This document shows, in pieces, positions 10,690-24,289 of a stretch of 64,000 nucleotides of DNA. How positions within the stretch are numbered: position 1 is the stretch's first letter; every line of letters begins with the position of its first letter. Position numbers and translations under genes: made by a program. Source of the DNA: Psammoneis japonica (Eukaryota); contig QPGO01000041.1 in assembly GCA_008632985.1 (NCBI GenBank), positions 1-64,000 on the forward strand, written 5' to 3'. A model generated the notes under the pieces. The model searched no databases. It worked only from the letters and a program-made list of their open reading frames with translations, and was not told the DNA's origin.

Positions 10690-13600
10690 AGTTGCCATGG
10701 ACATGTTGGCCAAAGCAGCCTCCCAGCAGCGTCCCATTGGCGGCAGTTCCCCTCAAGCAAACGATGACTCTTCCAGCACATTGAAGGTTTCCTTTTGCAT
10801 CCAGCATTGCATCAAGGCACTCAAGGAACATTGCCCGCCACAGGGCAAAGCCAAAACTTGGTGCACTGTGCCTCTTCAAGATGCAGTTGATCCCCTTGCG
10901 TGCCCTCAAGGTCTTGCAGATTTGAGCGTCTTGACCACGGAAGATTGTGGAGCCAAGAAGATGAGCCCTCTCTTTCATGTTCTTCATCACAAGAATGGCT
11001 TCAATGGGCCCCAACAGTGCCAAAACACGGAACATGTTCCGCAACACTGTTGTTGGCTGGTTTTGTAAAAAAAATTTGATGCTGAGAATCGACTGCAACC
11101 AAACCAATGCATCAAGGACAAGAACCAGCACCTCTTGATGTTGGTTGTGGTGCCATCAGGAATGTCAATGAGGGATGCCATGAAGGACAAGCAAAACATT
11201 GCCGCTGTTTTGATGCACCGTGTCATGACAAACATTGGCCTGCTTGTTGATTGCATCCTCCGTGTGACAGAGTCTCAGGTTGTGGAGGTTGGGATGGGCA
11301 ATGAGAGACTGTTGATTGCACCATCAAGTCAAGGTGTTTGTCCTTTTTTGACTGGACTTGCCCAAGCCATTTGCTGTGGTGTTGTCAAGAAGATGGATGC
11401 ACACCTTCATTGTCAGAAGACATTGAAGTCTCATCACATGGGAGAGATGGGTTTGAGGACATCATGGACACCATGAGCAATCGTTCCAACCTGGCGAATG
11501 TCCACAAGCACTGGGAGTGGGGTCATCTCATGCAGAATGACAGAGGCAACACTGTTGCCCTGTGTGCAAAGGAGACGGTTGCTCCAATGGGCTCTGCAAT
11601 TGTTTTGGCATTGTGCCTCGCTCCAGCCCAGAGTGTCAGAATGTCGCAACAGAGATTTGCAGCAATGAAGACTGTTGGGAGCAACCACTCAATGAAGGAG
11701 GATGCACCGCTGATCATTCGTGCAATGCCAAGCACCAATTCCACAAGGCATCTTTGGTCAACATTCAAAACCTGGAAACGTGCGATGACAAAAAGTTGAC
11801 CAAAGATTTGAGGATCCATGTGTGGCTGCCTTTTGACAATGTCATGCACAAAAGTTGGTGGCAAATTGAGTCTCCAAAGGGAATGAAGAACCATTTTGAA
11901 ATGTTGGCTTTGAAGGGGTTGCATGTCAAGCTCCACTGTGAAACAAGACATCCCGTTTTATCTGCAAAACAGCACTGGGGTTCAATCTGCAACCATCGCT
12001 CTGTTCAAAACGAAATCGCTCAGAGGAAGCAGGTGGATGAAAAGCTGCGTCGAAAACCATGCATCAGCCATAAGAAGTTGAAGAAGGCCAATGTGGACGA
12101 CAGCAACGATTGTGTTTTTCATGACAAGTGTCACAAAAGGGAGAAGCTTGAACAGTCAGACGATGACATGGAGGAAGATCCCCACATTGCCAAACTTCCC
12201 ACCAACATAAAATGCAAAGTGCTCACAAGTTGCATGATTGGCTGCCGGAAGGTTTTCTCATTTGGGCCATGTGACCCCAATGAGACACTGCCATCCGAGG
12301 CATTGTTTGACATTGTTGCAGGTTGGTGGCACAACCATGTGTTGCAGATTGACACTGGTGGTGAGTGCAAAGGCTGTCAGTGTCCGCCGGACAAGCGGTG
12401 CAAGCCTCTCAAGCCGCAACAATGCTCCGAGTCAGTGGAGGCCATCACCAAAGACAAGCACATCTTTGAAGTTCACTTCCCCACCGGACCAAGCAGGAAG
12501 GACTGCTGCAAAGAGCCGCTTGCTCACCTTGCTGATTGGTGCAAGGCAGCTCCAGGACTTGCATGGCACAAGTTTTGCAGAAGGATTCATTGCCATCATC
12601 ACATGGATCACGCCAGTGTCTGTGATGCAAGGATGAAAGAGTTCAAGGAGGAAAAGGAAGAGGGAAAGGAGGGCACTGAAGCAATGGATGACCTGCAAAA
12701 GGCCAAGGCTGGCACTCAAGGTTGCAACTGCGAGACAAAAACCAGGAGGAGGAAGATGGGGCCATGGATCAATCAACTGAGGAAGAGGAGGAAGATGATG
12801 GTGTGCAAGATGAAATCCAGGAGAAGCAAGATCCAGGTTGGTCCATGGATGAATCGACTGAGGACGAGGAGGAAGATGATGCCAGGAAGAAGTTTCTGAA
12901 GCCAAGGCTGCAGAAGACTTGGCACTTGGAGACACAAAGGTGGAGAAGAGGGAGAGAGTGGGAGACGCTGCATGCAGACGTGCAAAACAGCTCATGAAAG
13001 ACACAACTGGAGCACAAAAGGATGAGGATCTCATTGGCCTTTGCAGCTCCAGGCCAAAACCAAGGGCAAAAGGAGCCACTTCATGGCATTGGTTGAGCAA
13101 AGAGCAGCAACACCAAGAAGAAAGGGATCAAGTTGAGTGTGAGCACAAAGACACTCAAGTGATGTTGTGGGCTAAAAAACTCATTTGGATTGATCCAAGT
13201 TCATGGAACAGCAGGCATCAGCATCCTTGCAATTCCAAAGGAGCTGTTCCTCACTTGTTTGGTTTTTTGCTTTGAAGGAAAAAACGAGGGCGTCATGTTG
13301 TGGGAAAATTGGTTTGATGTGCGATGCAATGAAATGAATGGCCATCCCATGAACATGTGTGCAGCCCTCATCACACATGCCAAACACAAACCAAACGTTC
13401 CCTGCCAACTCAATCAAAAATGCAGAAACAAGATTTAGGACAAGGTGGAGTCAATTTGCAACCCACCACAGATTGCCAAACTGAAGAGATTGGCTGAAGC
13501 AGAGATTCAAAACCTTCCACCTGTTGGGCAGGGAGCTGATTTCATTGGCCACAGCTTGGAGGGGAACCGTCCTGTGCATGTAACCCTGGATTGGGCTGAG

Positions 13601-14290
13601 TGCAATTTCAAGTTTCGGTTTGTAGATGTGTGGAAAGATTTGAAAGAATTGAAGCCATCGGATGGTTGTCACTCCTTGCCGGAAGGAAACGTGTTGATGC
13701 CATTGAACAGTGACTTGCCAATGAGCGCCCACCTGTGAAATTCCTGCAAGGACAAAATGACACTTGCATTTTTTCCTCCCTGGCCAGTGTTCTTGATTGT
13801 GCTGGCAACGTGGAAATGAGAGACTGCATTGCTTCTCACATTCAAACATCTGCCAACTGTGCCGACACTGACAACAAGTGCACGTTGTTTGCAAAGCACA
13901 TGTTGAATGGTTGTTTGAAGGGAAAATTCCTGCCTGCAAACTCAAACATCAAGTTTTGTGGCAGTGTGGATTGAACGATTTCCTTGGAAGCGGGTGGTGA
14001 ATTTGATGTGACAACCTGGCAATGATGACTTCATGACTTTGTGCCATCTTGTGAACAACCACTGCATTGCCTTGCACCATGGTTGGATCTTTGATTCCAA
14101 CCACCCTTTTGCATTGCCAGCAAAGGACATTGGGTGCTTGAACTGTTGTCTTGGGAACAAGGAACATGAGGTGGAGTGCGTGGCAAAAAAGCATCTGCAA
14201 CAAGTGTTCATGGTGTGCCAGTTTGAGCTTCCTGGGGTGGTGCAGCAGCAGTTGTGTGGAAAAAGGAAAGCTTTTGTGTTGGATGGTTAA
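10690..14290 (+). pseudogene. Long degenerate transposon-associated ORF with C-terminal papain/C39-like cysteine peptidase motifs
   Basis: Frameshifted ORF pieces (11562-12899, 13445-13738 etc.), acidic repeat ~12740-12890; KFLQGQNDTCIFSSLASVL (Q...C) at ~13738 and NHCIALHHGWIFDSN (H...D) at ~14057. Confidence 0.5.
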
Positions 14291-17200
14291 TCTGGTTGCA
14301 CAATGTAAAGTGACAATCACATTGTTTGTTTGTTTTCCCATTGCCATTTTGTTCATCCAACTCATCACTGTCACTGTCCCCTGCTGCGCTCTTGTCATCC
14401 TTTGCAGTGTTCTCCTTGTTGTCATTCTCTCCCTCCCACTCATCAGCTTCACTGTCATGTTCCTCCACCTTGTCTGAACAGTCCTCAAAATGATCCATTG
14501 CCTCCCGCTGTCGGATGGCATCCAGAATTCCTTCATGCTCATCATCACTCAAATGACGTGGATCAAGAAGTGAAGCCTCACTCCTGTTGCATGCACTTGG
14601 CAGTTCCAGAGTGGCCGATGGTTCATTGAGCTCAATGTTGGCAATTGCAATTTGCTTGAGCAACACTCTTGTCTTGCATTCCTCAGCATCACCGGGAGTG
14701 TGCCATCCTCTGGCCCTTGGAACAGGGTCAAGATGCGTTCCCTCACAAACCCATTCACCGGCCTCAACAGTTGTGGGTGGGTCAAACTCTTTCCACACCT
14801 TGTCCTCCTGTGCCTTGTGGGGGAGTTCATCCCATTGCAGCAGATAAAAGCCCTCCTCAGATTCACAAGACAATGTGGCGCAGCTGTTTGGAACAACTTC
14901 CTTGGCCATTTCCTCAGTCAGGAAGTCCAACACAGATTTGTGAACCAACTGCACCTTGTCGGTGTCACTCTTGTCTGTTTGAATCACCTGGCACACTTGC
15001 CAGTTGTTCAGTCCCTCAAAGATGGGCCACAGTTTGCAAGCTCGGTTGCCACCTGCATGTTGTGGCTGCTCTGTTGGCTCAACATTTTTCACCCAAGGCC
15101 GTTTGAGCTGATCCAGCCAGGCTTCACAAGCACAAGGAATTCTTTGCATGGCAACCCAACCAATGGGGAAAAGAGGTTCAAATCAGATGTGGTGCAAGGC
15201 TCCAATGCCACAATGGCATGTGCACACTTGCATCAATCCAATCAACTTGACTTTGATTAAAGAGCCAAGAACTTCATCAGCTTCCTGCAGACAACACACC
15301 CTTTCTGTTGACTTTTGAAGGGATTCCCTCTTGGCATGTTTCCTGTCACCAACTGCGCCAAGAGCATTCTTTTTCTTTGTGTCTGTTTTGTGACATTCCT
15401 TGGCACAACTGTGCATGGCTGCAACACTGTTGTCATCCATGACCAAAGCTTTAGGTCTGATTTTCCCATCCTCATCATTGACTCCTGCAACAGTTGTGGA
15501 CTGCATTTCTCAATGCATGGGTGATTTGATGCAGGCTCCAATGCCATCAACCTCTCCTTTGCCATGTCCAGGTGCTCCAATGGCAGGTCAAACACAATGT
15601 TGCATTTGTGCACAACCACAGACAACAAGTGCAGTGCCAAAGCACATCGGCGCTGTTTGGCACAACCATTGGTGTGATCCCAAATCACAAGCCACGTCTC
15701 ACACAAGTTGTGGTTTTTTAACCATGTGACAAACTTTTCCAAGTGAGCATGGGTGGTGGTGGCATCTTGCTTGGAAGAGTCAGAGAGATGTGCATGATGT
15801 GTTTTCTGAAGCACATTGTCAACCATTGCATCACAAACTCTTCCTTCAATTGACAATGTTCAATTGTTGCCACAATGATCACCCTGAACTTGTTTGTTGA
15901 ACTCTGCCTTCTGATGCTCGGAGCAATCATGAGACATGAACAGGCTGTTGGGCATTGACTCAAATGCTTTGCGGCACATTTCCATGCAATGATTTTTCCC
16001 AAGAATGGCCATGTGGGGAAGGTGGCAGTGCAGCTTTTTTAAACTTGGGATGTGGTGCTCTTTGCAAAGACCCTGACTGGTTTGCGGAACCTTGTCAACA
16101 AGGTCCTTCGTTTGACGTTTGCATCCTTGTTCCCATCTGGATCTGCCTCACAAAAAGGACATGCTTCCATGTGCACACCATGCTTGGAACAACTTTTTGC
16201 AGTCAAGCACACTGAAACAAAACTTGGGGTGCACTGGGACTTTCATTCTGTTCCAACAACAGAGTTGGATGGGATGGGCATGCTTGCATTCACCCAAAAC
16301 GCATTTCCAATGAGGATGATCCTGACCATTGACATTGCCACAAATGATGGTTGCAACTGCATCTAGAGCTTTGGGATGAAGGTGATGGCCACTGGGGCCA
16401 AACGCTTCCTCTTGACAGCCACGCATTGTTTCCTCCAATTTGCCAAGGGCACTGTCACAGTTCTCCAAGTTCTCAGGATCCTCGCTCGCAAGCTTCGCCT
16501 GATTTTGTTCCACCTCCATCTCTTTTAAAAGCTTCCTTCGAAACCTGTTCAACGCATCTTGTGGAAAATTTGCATTGGTGCAATTGCTGCATTGACACAT
16601 GCTGCATTGACTTGCACTCATTTTTCAACACTGCTTGGGAATCAAAAAACAAAACATCGTGCCACTGATGAGGGTCTTGCCACTGGCATCACGTGCATGT
16701 TTGAATCCACCAAGAGACACAGGCTTCAACATGTCATTGTGGAGCTCACGCATGGACACATTGTGCAACCATTTGTTTGCTCATTTTTTGTTTCCATCTT
16801 CATCTTTAATGACAATCATGTCTCGTGTGTTGGGAGGCTGCACCATGTCAGGATGATTCAACAACCAGCGCACAAATGCACCGCGGATCTCAGGGAAACT
16901 TTGTGAGGATGTCGACGGGGTTGCACTGAAGACTGCACAACATCGTCAGTGTTTGAAATCAAGGCCTCTCTGGCAATCTTTCCCTGCTTCATTTGGTGAC
17001 AAACAGTGCTTCGTTTCAGGCCAAGTGCATTGGCGTAGTCACAGGAAGACAATTTTTCCTCATCACCAGGTTTGTTTTCTGGTGAACCAGAGATTCCAGT
17101 TTCCAGAGCACGGACAAATGATTTTTTGTCATCGGCGGGGTGTTGACCATTGCTGGTGTTGTTGGCACATGCCAACATTTTGGCCAACTGCTGGGTCATT

Positions 17201-17600
17201 TGCAAGGCCACAGAATTTGTTTTTGGCAGTGTCAAATTGCAAGCCTGAGCACATGGGGCTAACTTGGGAAAATGCAAAGCGCACACAAAGGCACAGATTT
17301 GTTGTTCTTGAGTGGCGGCACAAGACAACACTCCTTCTCTTGCTTTGACCACTGCACAATGAAGTGCCTGTTGGGGATCTTTGTGGTGTCTGCACACGTC
17401 CCCAGTGTGTGTGCATTTGTCCGTCACTTTTTTCACCCTGTTGCCCCAGTCCATTCAGATGTGTCATCCGGTTTTGTGCGTGGCACGGATCTCTTCACAA
17501 TTGTCCAAACTGCAGGTCCAAAGTCTGTCCTCTGGGGCTTGCAACGCCATCAGACAAAACTGTCATGGTCAAAACAGCACACACTCACTTGCACTCATTT
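14290..17600 (-). mobile_element. Degenerate DDD-type DNA transposase, Sola-like
   Basis: Minus-strand remnants FMSHDCSEHQKAEFNKQVQGDH...LSIEG (~15940-15840), KQDATTTHAHL, IWDHTNGCAKQRRC (cf. DGCAxQY), AIGAPGHGKGEVDGI (15580-15540). Superfamily assignment is from motif memory. Confidence 0.65.
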
Positions 17601-20489
17601 GAACAGAAAAGTTTTGTCATTTGTGTTGGTGTTCTTCACAATTGAAAATTTTGTTTAAATGCGGCAATCGTGCAAAACCACATGGGTGCAGAAAAAGTTA
17701 AAACATCAGTCATTTTTGATGCTTTCAACAAACACATGTAAAAAAAAACAAGGGTTTTCCCACCCTTTGGGTGGTTTGAGATGAAAATGGCTGTGGGGAT
17801 TTTTTTCTGGTGTGATTTCGCACATTTCTGTGCAAAATGTGGTCGCACTTTGACCTCTCCCAAGATGCCATCAAATGCTGCATTTCATTCAACCAAGTGT
17901 CCTGGTGCACCCTCAACCAGTGTCTCCTTCACTTGTTCTCAAAAAGAAGCTGGAAATTTGAGGTTCAATCATCAATGAGATGTTGCAGTTGACAAAAAAC
18001 AGTTTGCCCTGAATTTTTGAATTGGCTGCTCATGCAGATGATGGCATCAAAAGGTGCAATTTCTGTCACTCAAAAGGCAGCCAAGACAGCAAAGAAAGTG
18101 CCCACATGCTTGAGTTTTGAAGTGCCTTTCATGGCCCTTCTAAGATGATGCAGAGAAAGACAAGAGGTGACAAATGAGCAACACATTTGTGATCACATGT
18201 GTGCAGACCCATTGTTGGTTTGCTGATGAAACACAGTGCTTTTGTCTGATGGCTGATTTCTGACTCCTGTGATTCTCAATGAAAGTGCACGCAGAAATGA
18301 TTTTCACAATTTTTGTCTTGCACCACCTCAAAACAGCAGTCAAAAGAGAACCTGGCACACTTCATCCACAGAAGCTGCTCAAGAGCCAAGCACATGCATT
18401 CCCACACAGCAGCCTCAGCACAGAAAAAAGGAAAGCACCACATTCCACAAAATGACTCACAACTCACAACAATGCTGCCAGATCACACAATGCATTAAAA
18501 TGGTGTCATTCATTGTCATCATTCAAAGGGCCAAGGAAAGCTCACAAGCACTCTCTTGTGGCTGAACACTGCAAACAAGAAAGATGTGTTTTTGTTGCAC
18601 AATCCCAGAATGAAACAGATTGTCAAAAGAGGCATGTGCGCATGTTGGCTGCAATGGCCAAATTAGGCGCCAGTCACTCTAGAACATCAATGGAGGCTTG
18701 ATGCCCCAATGAAATAAATCTGCTGTCCCACAATCTTGTGCATGCAGCACACGGTTGTCAGATTGTGCAGGTGTGTGTGCATCATGTGTGAGGTGCAAGC
18801 AGGCAGAATCACTGCTGAAAAAGTTGTCAGGTGGCAGATTTTTGCCAGTGCACCATCTGCAGGCTCTGCAGGGAAGACAAATTTGTGTTTGTTCCTGAGG
18901 CTTGTTTTGGACAACACAAAAGATTCTTGTGCTTTTAATGTGTGTGCACATGGCTGCTAAAAAATCTGACAGAGCACCCCTGTCAACGGTCTAAACAGGG
19001 TTGTTGTAAAGCGCTTCTCAAAATGTCTTCATCAGGCTGGACACAAGAAAGAATCTGCTGTCACCAAAACAGATTCTCTGCAAGCCAAATGGAGGGCACC
19101 CATCCTTCATGCACAAACAGCAGCCCACAACAGCAGCGCCTGACAACACCATGGCAAGCAATGCAAGACCTGTTCACTGGTCTGCCAGCCAGCATTTCCA
19201 GACAAGATCAAAGCAGTTGGAGTCTGACAACATTTGTGCACTGCATTCCTGGGTCAAGTTGGGTTTCTTCTCATTGCTTGTTGTCCTGTCAACGTTTTGA
19301 CCCACACGGTGTTTTTTTTTGCTTGAAACTTCTGCTCACAAGCCACCGCCACTGACAGCTTTTCCTGCAGGACATGGCCAGTTGCACAATCACATTGAAC
19401 CCAAATGTGCGTGACCAGCTGGCCCTGCCCTGGCTGGCTCACAAACAACAAAGCTTGCTCCAGAGCTCTTCTTGTTGGCACGAACTCTCCAGCTGCTTTT
19501 GAGGCTTGACTTGCCCTGCCTTTGTGCATGAAACATCAGCTGCTCTCCTTTTCACTCTCTAATTTTGTTGCACTGGCTGACAACAATGCAGGCAAATGAG
19601 CCACACATTGTTTCCAGCTTGCAAACTGCCTCACAGAATGAAGAAACAATCTGTGCCTCCACAATTGCCACAATGCATTTTTCTGTCAAGTGAAGCTCTG
19701 CATCACCCAAATCTGAGCTGTCAAGAGCTCAAGCATGATCTTCAGACACAATGGACACAATCTCCCACTTTGACTGTGAAGCCACCCTGACGCTGCAACT
19801 GTGACCCAGACTTGTCGTCAGACTGCCGTGGCCACTGCCGTGCAGTGCAATTGATGTCCCAAGCAAGCACTTCTTTCTCAGGTGTGGCTCATGGCAAGGG
19901 AAACCCTGCAGAACAAAACAACAATGAGGAAAGACAACATGTGTGTGCATGTCGAAACAATGTGAATGCACAAGCACTCAATGAAGTGCAAAGCATGATG
20001 GTGGCTGGTGCACAAGTTGCAATGTGATGCAGCAAAGAAATCAGCAATGTCAGTGCCAATCTTCAATTCAAAATTTTGCCATGATCCACCCACATGCATG
20101 AACCTGAACATGCTTCTCAAGCTTGTCTTGCATCTCATGATGCAATGCACCAAATGCTGTTGAGAGTGTGCAGGTTTCAACCTCAGAGATGATCGCATTT
20201 TTCAAGTCAGTGAAGCACCGTTGTTCATCATGTCATTTTTCATGTCATTTTGAGCCACAAGCCAGAAAACACTCCCAAAAGCTGTTCTGGCAAAATGCAC
20301 TGAATCCACACAGACTGGGCCACACAGAAAGTGAGAGGGCCAAAAACTCTGGTGTGCCAACTTGGGGCTAGATCGGTTTTTTTGCGAGCACGCAATTTTT
20401 GAAAAGAACCCAGACGCATCACACCAAATGTGTTTGCCAAAAAATTTTCAGCAGTGGGTCGAACTTTGTCCATTTGGTGCCAGAGACAT

Positions 20490-21280
20490 CATGGAATGCA
20501 CAAATGACAGTTGAAACCATGATGCACACCAGCTCCAGCAGGTTGGACCTTGCACCGCTGCACTGTGACACAAAGAGTTTTTTGGGATTGTGCCTCATGT
20601 TGCACACACACCATTCTGCATGTGATTTTCTGCCAAACAGTTTCATGCTCCCTGTCTTGTGAAGCCAAAGGCTTTCCATTTTCCACATTTGTGAAAATGA
20701 AAAATGGGCTGGGTGCATTCTTTAAAATGTCTGAAGAGTGCACCTGGGAAAACTGAAAATGATGCACTTCAAGTGTGGAGGAGGAGTTGCATTTGCAAAA
20801 TTCTTGTCTCTTTTTCTGCTGGCAATCATTCACATGTTCATTGCTCAACAATTTCACTGTGACACTTGCAGGAGCTCCACCTCTGGCACTGGAATGCACC
20901 ACTTGTGTGATCTTTGGCTTGACAACTGCAGACATGCTGCTGCCCACAGCAAGATGCGTTCCAGATCTGGGTGGGACCTCGTGCCACTGGACTGTGACAC
21001 AATTGTTTTTTTGTCATCCATCGCATGTTTCACATGCACATTTCTGCATGTTCCATTGTGAAAAATTGTTCCACACTGCCTGTTTTGTGAAGCCAAAGGC
21101 TTTCTGTTTTCTGCATTTGTGACAATGAAAATGCACTGGGCATGTCCTTTAATGTCTGAAGAACATGCCCGGGCATGCTGTCAACAATGTGCTTCAAGTG
21201 TGGAGGAGGAGATGCGTTCACAAAATTGCCTCTTTTTCTGTTGGCAATCATTCACATTTTCATTGCTCAACAATTTTACT
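20490..21280. repeat. Diverged tandem duplication, ~430-bp unit x2
   Basis: GTGAAGCCAAAGGCTTTC...AATGTCTGAAGA...CTTCAAGTGTGGAGGAGGAG...TGGCAATCATTCACAT at ~20659 and ~21088. Confidence 0.8.
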
Positions 21281-23049
21281 GCGGAGCTCCCACGTGGAAT
21301 TCTACGGGCCCAATGTCACAAAAAGTCCCGCCTGGGACTGGAACGCGTCGCAAGTCAAATGCCAGCTGTCAGCATTTTCTGGAAAGTTGTGGCTTGTGGC
21401 TTGTCTCCCACAAACAGCGAAAGTGTGTCCCTTGGATTTTGGAACGGCATGGGTTCTTCAGTGCAAATGAATTGTTCGGATTTGAAGAATGATCATTGAG
21501 GACATCAGAGGTCATGGGGACATCCTAAAAAATCAACAAATTCCCTGCGATGGATACGTGGAACGGTTTTTCAGGAGAGCTCGAAAGTGCTGTAAAGTTG
21601 GGATTGCCAGCATGGCATGTTGAAAAATGTGCCGAGCTTTGAACAAAGACAATTTGTTGTGAATTCTACACAAGACAGTCACATTGAAAAAACACATTGA
21701 ACAATGAGTGGTTTGTGCGATGCACCAAAGAGTGTCCGTGCACCTTGCCACAGCCCCAAAAACAGCGTGAGCCATCAAACATGACAGCAATCTGCATCAC
21801 CGGTGCAGTGGCCAGCAAGCCACCTGCCCCACTCTAGCCACCCTCTGCCACATGCTGCACAGTGCATGCAACATGTGCCAGCCCCGGCAGTGGGGCCCTG
21901 CTGCACTTGCGCACACACAGGCAGCACAGCATTCAATGGCACACACCCACACCCACAAAGATGGACAAGTGGTCAATGCTCCCCGCAGGCCTTGTTTTGG
22001 TGAGAAACAGCAGTTTTTTGAAAAATGCAACAACTGTGCCAAATCTGACAGCTGGGGGTGTTCGCGCATGTGCAGCCAACACGCGACCTTGAGAATCCAG
22101 TCAAAGCCCAGACAAGCTCTCAAAATTGCTCAATCCACCAGCAGAAAAAAACCTGCAATTCTGTGTGCACACTTCAATGTGTTTTTTTTCCCCAAACATT
22201 GCACTTGGGTGTCCAGAATCATTCTCCTGCGCAGCTCAAAGCGCAAATTGCACAGGGAAAACCCGGATGTGGGCACTTTTTGGACACTCCTGGACACAAG
22301 GACAAAGGTCCATCAGTCCCGATGGGGGCTGGACACACTCACAAGAGTTTGGGGGTGCTCAGAGGCATTGCAAAATGATGTGGGCCAACTGCAGATGGAA
22401 CAAACAGGTGTCAGACACCAGTTTCCGAGCATTTTGCTGGCAAAGTGGTTGTGCAGCAATTTCGCACAATTTCAAAAAAGAGATGAGGTTGAATCAAAAA
22501 ATTGCCACAGATGCTTGCAAAAGTGCAACACAACACGAGAAGCAACAATGACATCCATGTGGGGATGAAACAACATCCACACCAATTTGAGGCATGCATG
22601 CATGACAACACAAATGTGACAAATTTTTGATTGATGCACCATTTGGCTCACTCTGTCTGTCTGAGTGCTCCAATCGACCATTTGAGATGACGCCATTGTC
22701 GTCAATGTTCTGCATGGTTGTTGCACGCAATTCACACAGAAAATTGCAAAAATGGCTGGCCAACAATGACGCCCTGAATTCAACTGCAACCTGCATGCAC
22801 GGTCGATGTGGGCACATGTTTGCACTTGTCACTCACCAAACGACACGTCTGGTGCATTCGTCACATGCACAATTGATTGATGGCATCACCGGTGGCACGC
22901 CATTGTCAGCATTGAATGCCGCACAAAAAGCACGGGGACAACAGAAATCGACTCTTCTGTCACATTTGTCTGTCTGTCACCCGTTTGTCTCGTAGAATCT
23001 GTGTGAAAGTTCCTGCACTTTACAGTCTGTCCATGCTTCATCTGACAAC

Positions 23050-23827
23050 TGTTCATTCCTCTGTGCATGACAACCATTTGTTCTGCGTGCAGCAAAGTGC
23101 AGGAAAAGAGAAAAAATGCAAGCCAGCCAAAGGGAGAACCAGTGCATCCGCGAGCAGCAAGTTTCTTTTCCAAGGACTTGACGTGGCTGTTGAAAGCCTT
23201 GATGTTTTGACCATCAACTGCAGCCATGCAAGCATCTGGGTTGCCCATTTGGTCACAGATTGAGCCTTGAGGAAGGCTGCACTGCATTCTTTGTCTCCAA
23301 CAGTGCACTGAGCTTTTTCTTCCATTGCCGTGATGGTCTTGGAGGGCTCGTCTGGGGTGCTCTGGAGCCATGCAAGGAGTTGGCAGTTGTTCTGCACATT
23401 GTGTTGTGCCAGATTGAGGCGTGCAGCAGATGCAGTGTGAATCTGCTCTGCTGAAATTTGTCCATGCTTGGTGAGCATGTCCTTGTTCTCTGCCAGCAAA
23501 GCAGGAGCTGCGCCGTGGTTGATGTTGATCGTGAGAACCTCGTTCCAACCATTGGCTTTGGAACGGACCGTGAGTTCTTCCAGTGGGAAGATTGGGATGT
23601 CAGGTGATTCAAGACCAAACTGGGTGTCCGTCCAATGGCTTGGTCACGTCTTCGAAAACGAGCACGTCACCTTTCTTGGTGTGGCCCAGAACGTTGGCAC
23701 TGGCCAGCACTGGTGACTTGGCGAAAGGTCCTGGAGCAGCTGCTGCTGGCATGTTGTTCACAATCAGTTGGACAGCTGCCTGGACAGCTTGAGTGATGGC
23801 TTGAGCGAGCACGTTGGCATCCGCCAT
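23050..23827 (-). mobile_element. Ty1/Copia (diatom CoDi-type) gag 5' fragment, degenerate
   Basis: ATG 23827: MADANVLAQAITQAVQAA...FAKSPVLASANVLGHTKK...TKPL; NGWNEVLTINI; DMLTKHGQISAEQI...QNNCQLLAWLQS, resembling CoDi gag with Y replaced by H/C. Confidence 0.65.
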
Positions 23828-24289
23828 GATGAGGTCTTGAAATTCCTGAACACGTCTTTCTGCTCCTCTTGTCAAACGGCGCATCTTGTTGGTTCGGAGA
23901 GAACATTGCTGGTTCGATTGAGAACACTTTATCGCAGAAGAAGCGTGTGAGCTAACAGTTTAATTAGAACTGAACGGACAACTAGCCTTGTGATGAACAC
24001 AGACGAACTAATGTGATCACTTTGAATCTGAAAAGGTGAGAAGAGAGATGTCTCAATTAAGTGTTTTCGGATAAATGTTTGAGATGTCTTTAACAGTTTG
24101 TGGGCCATACGAGTAAACAATTTGGGGCCATAGAATAGAAATCGAATGTCGATAAACGGTTGTCGTAGATGTCGTGAGGCACGAACAAGTAAGCGTCAAT
24201 GTTAGTCACAGACTCGAAGGTGGAAGTCGCAAAAAGCCGCCGACAAGCGACAAGTTCTGGTGGCTCTCAAAGCTGGTGTGCCTTTCAAC

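Noticed and set aside
3145..23925. Classical fungal RIP or simple 5mCpG deamination as the sole explanation
   Set aside because: RIP raises TpA. CpG is also low in this block, but CpG decay cannot remove TpA, and the elements at 32.5-37.6 kb and 62.4-64 kb lose TpA while keeping CpG
3161..23950. Hundreds of overlapping Cys/His-rich ORFs in all six frames (also 31.1-39.9 kb and 41.2-42.6 kb)
   Set aside because: Side effect of TpA loss, which removes TAA/TAG stops and turns Tyr codons into Cys/His; not real metal-binding proteins
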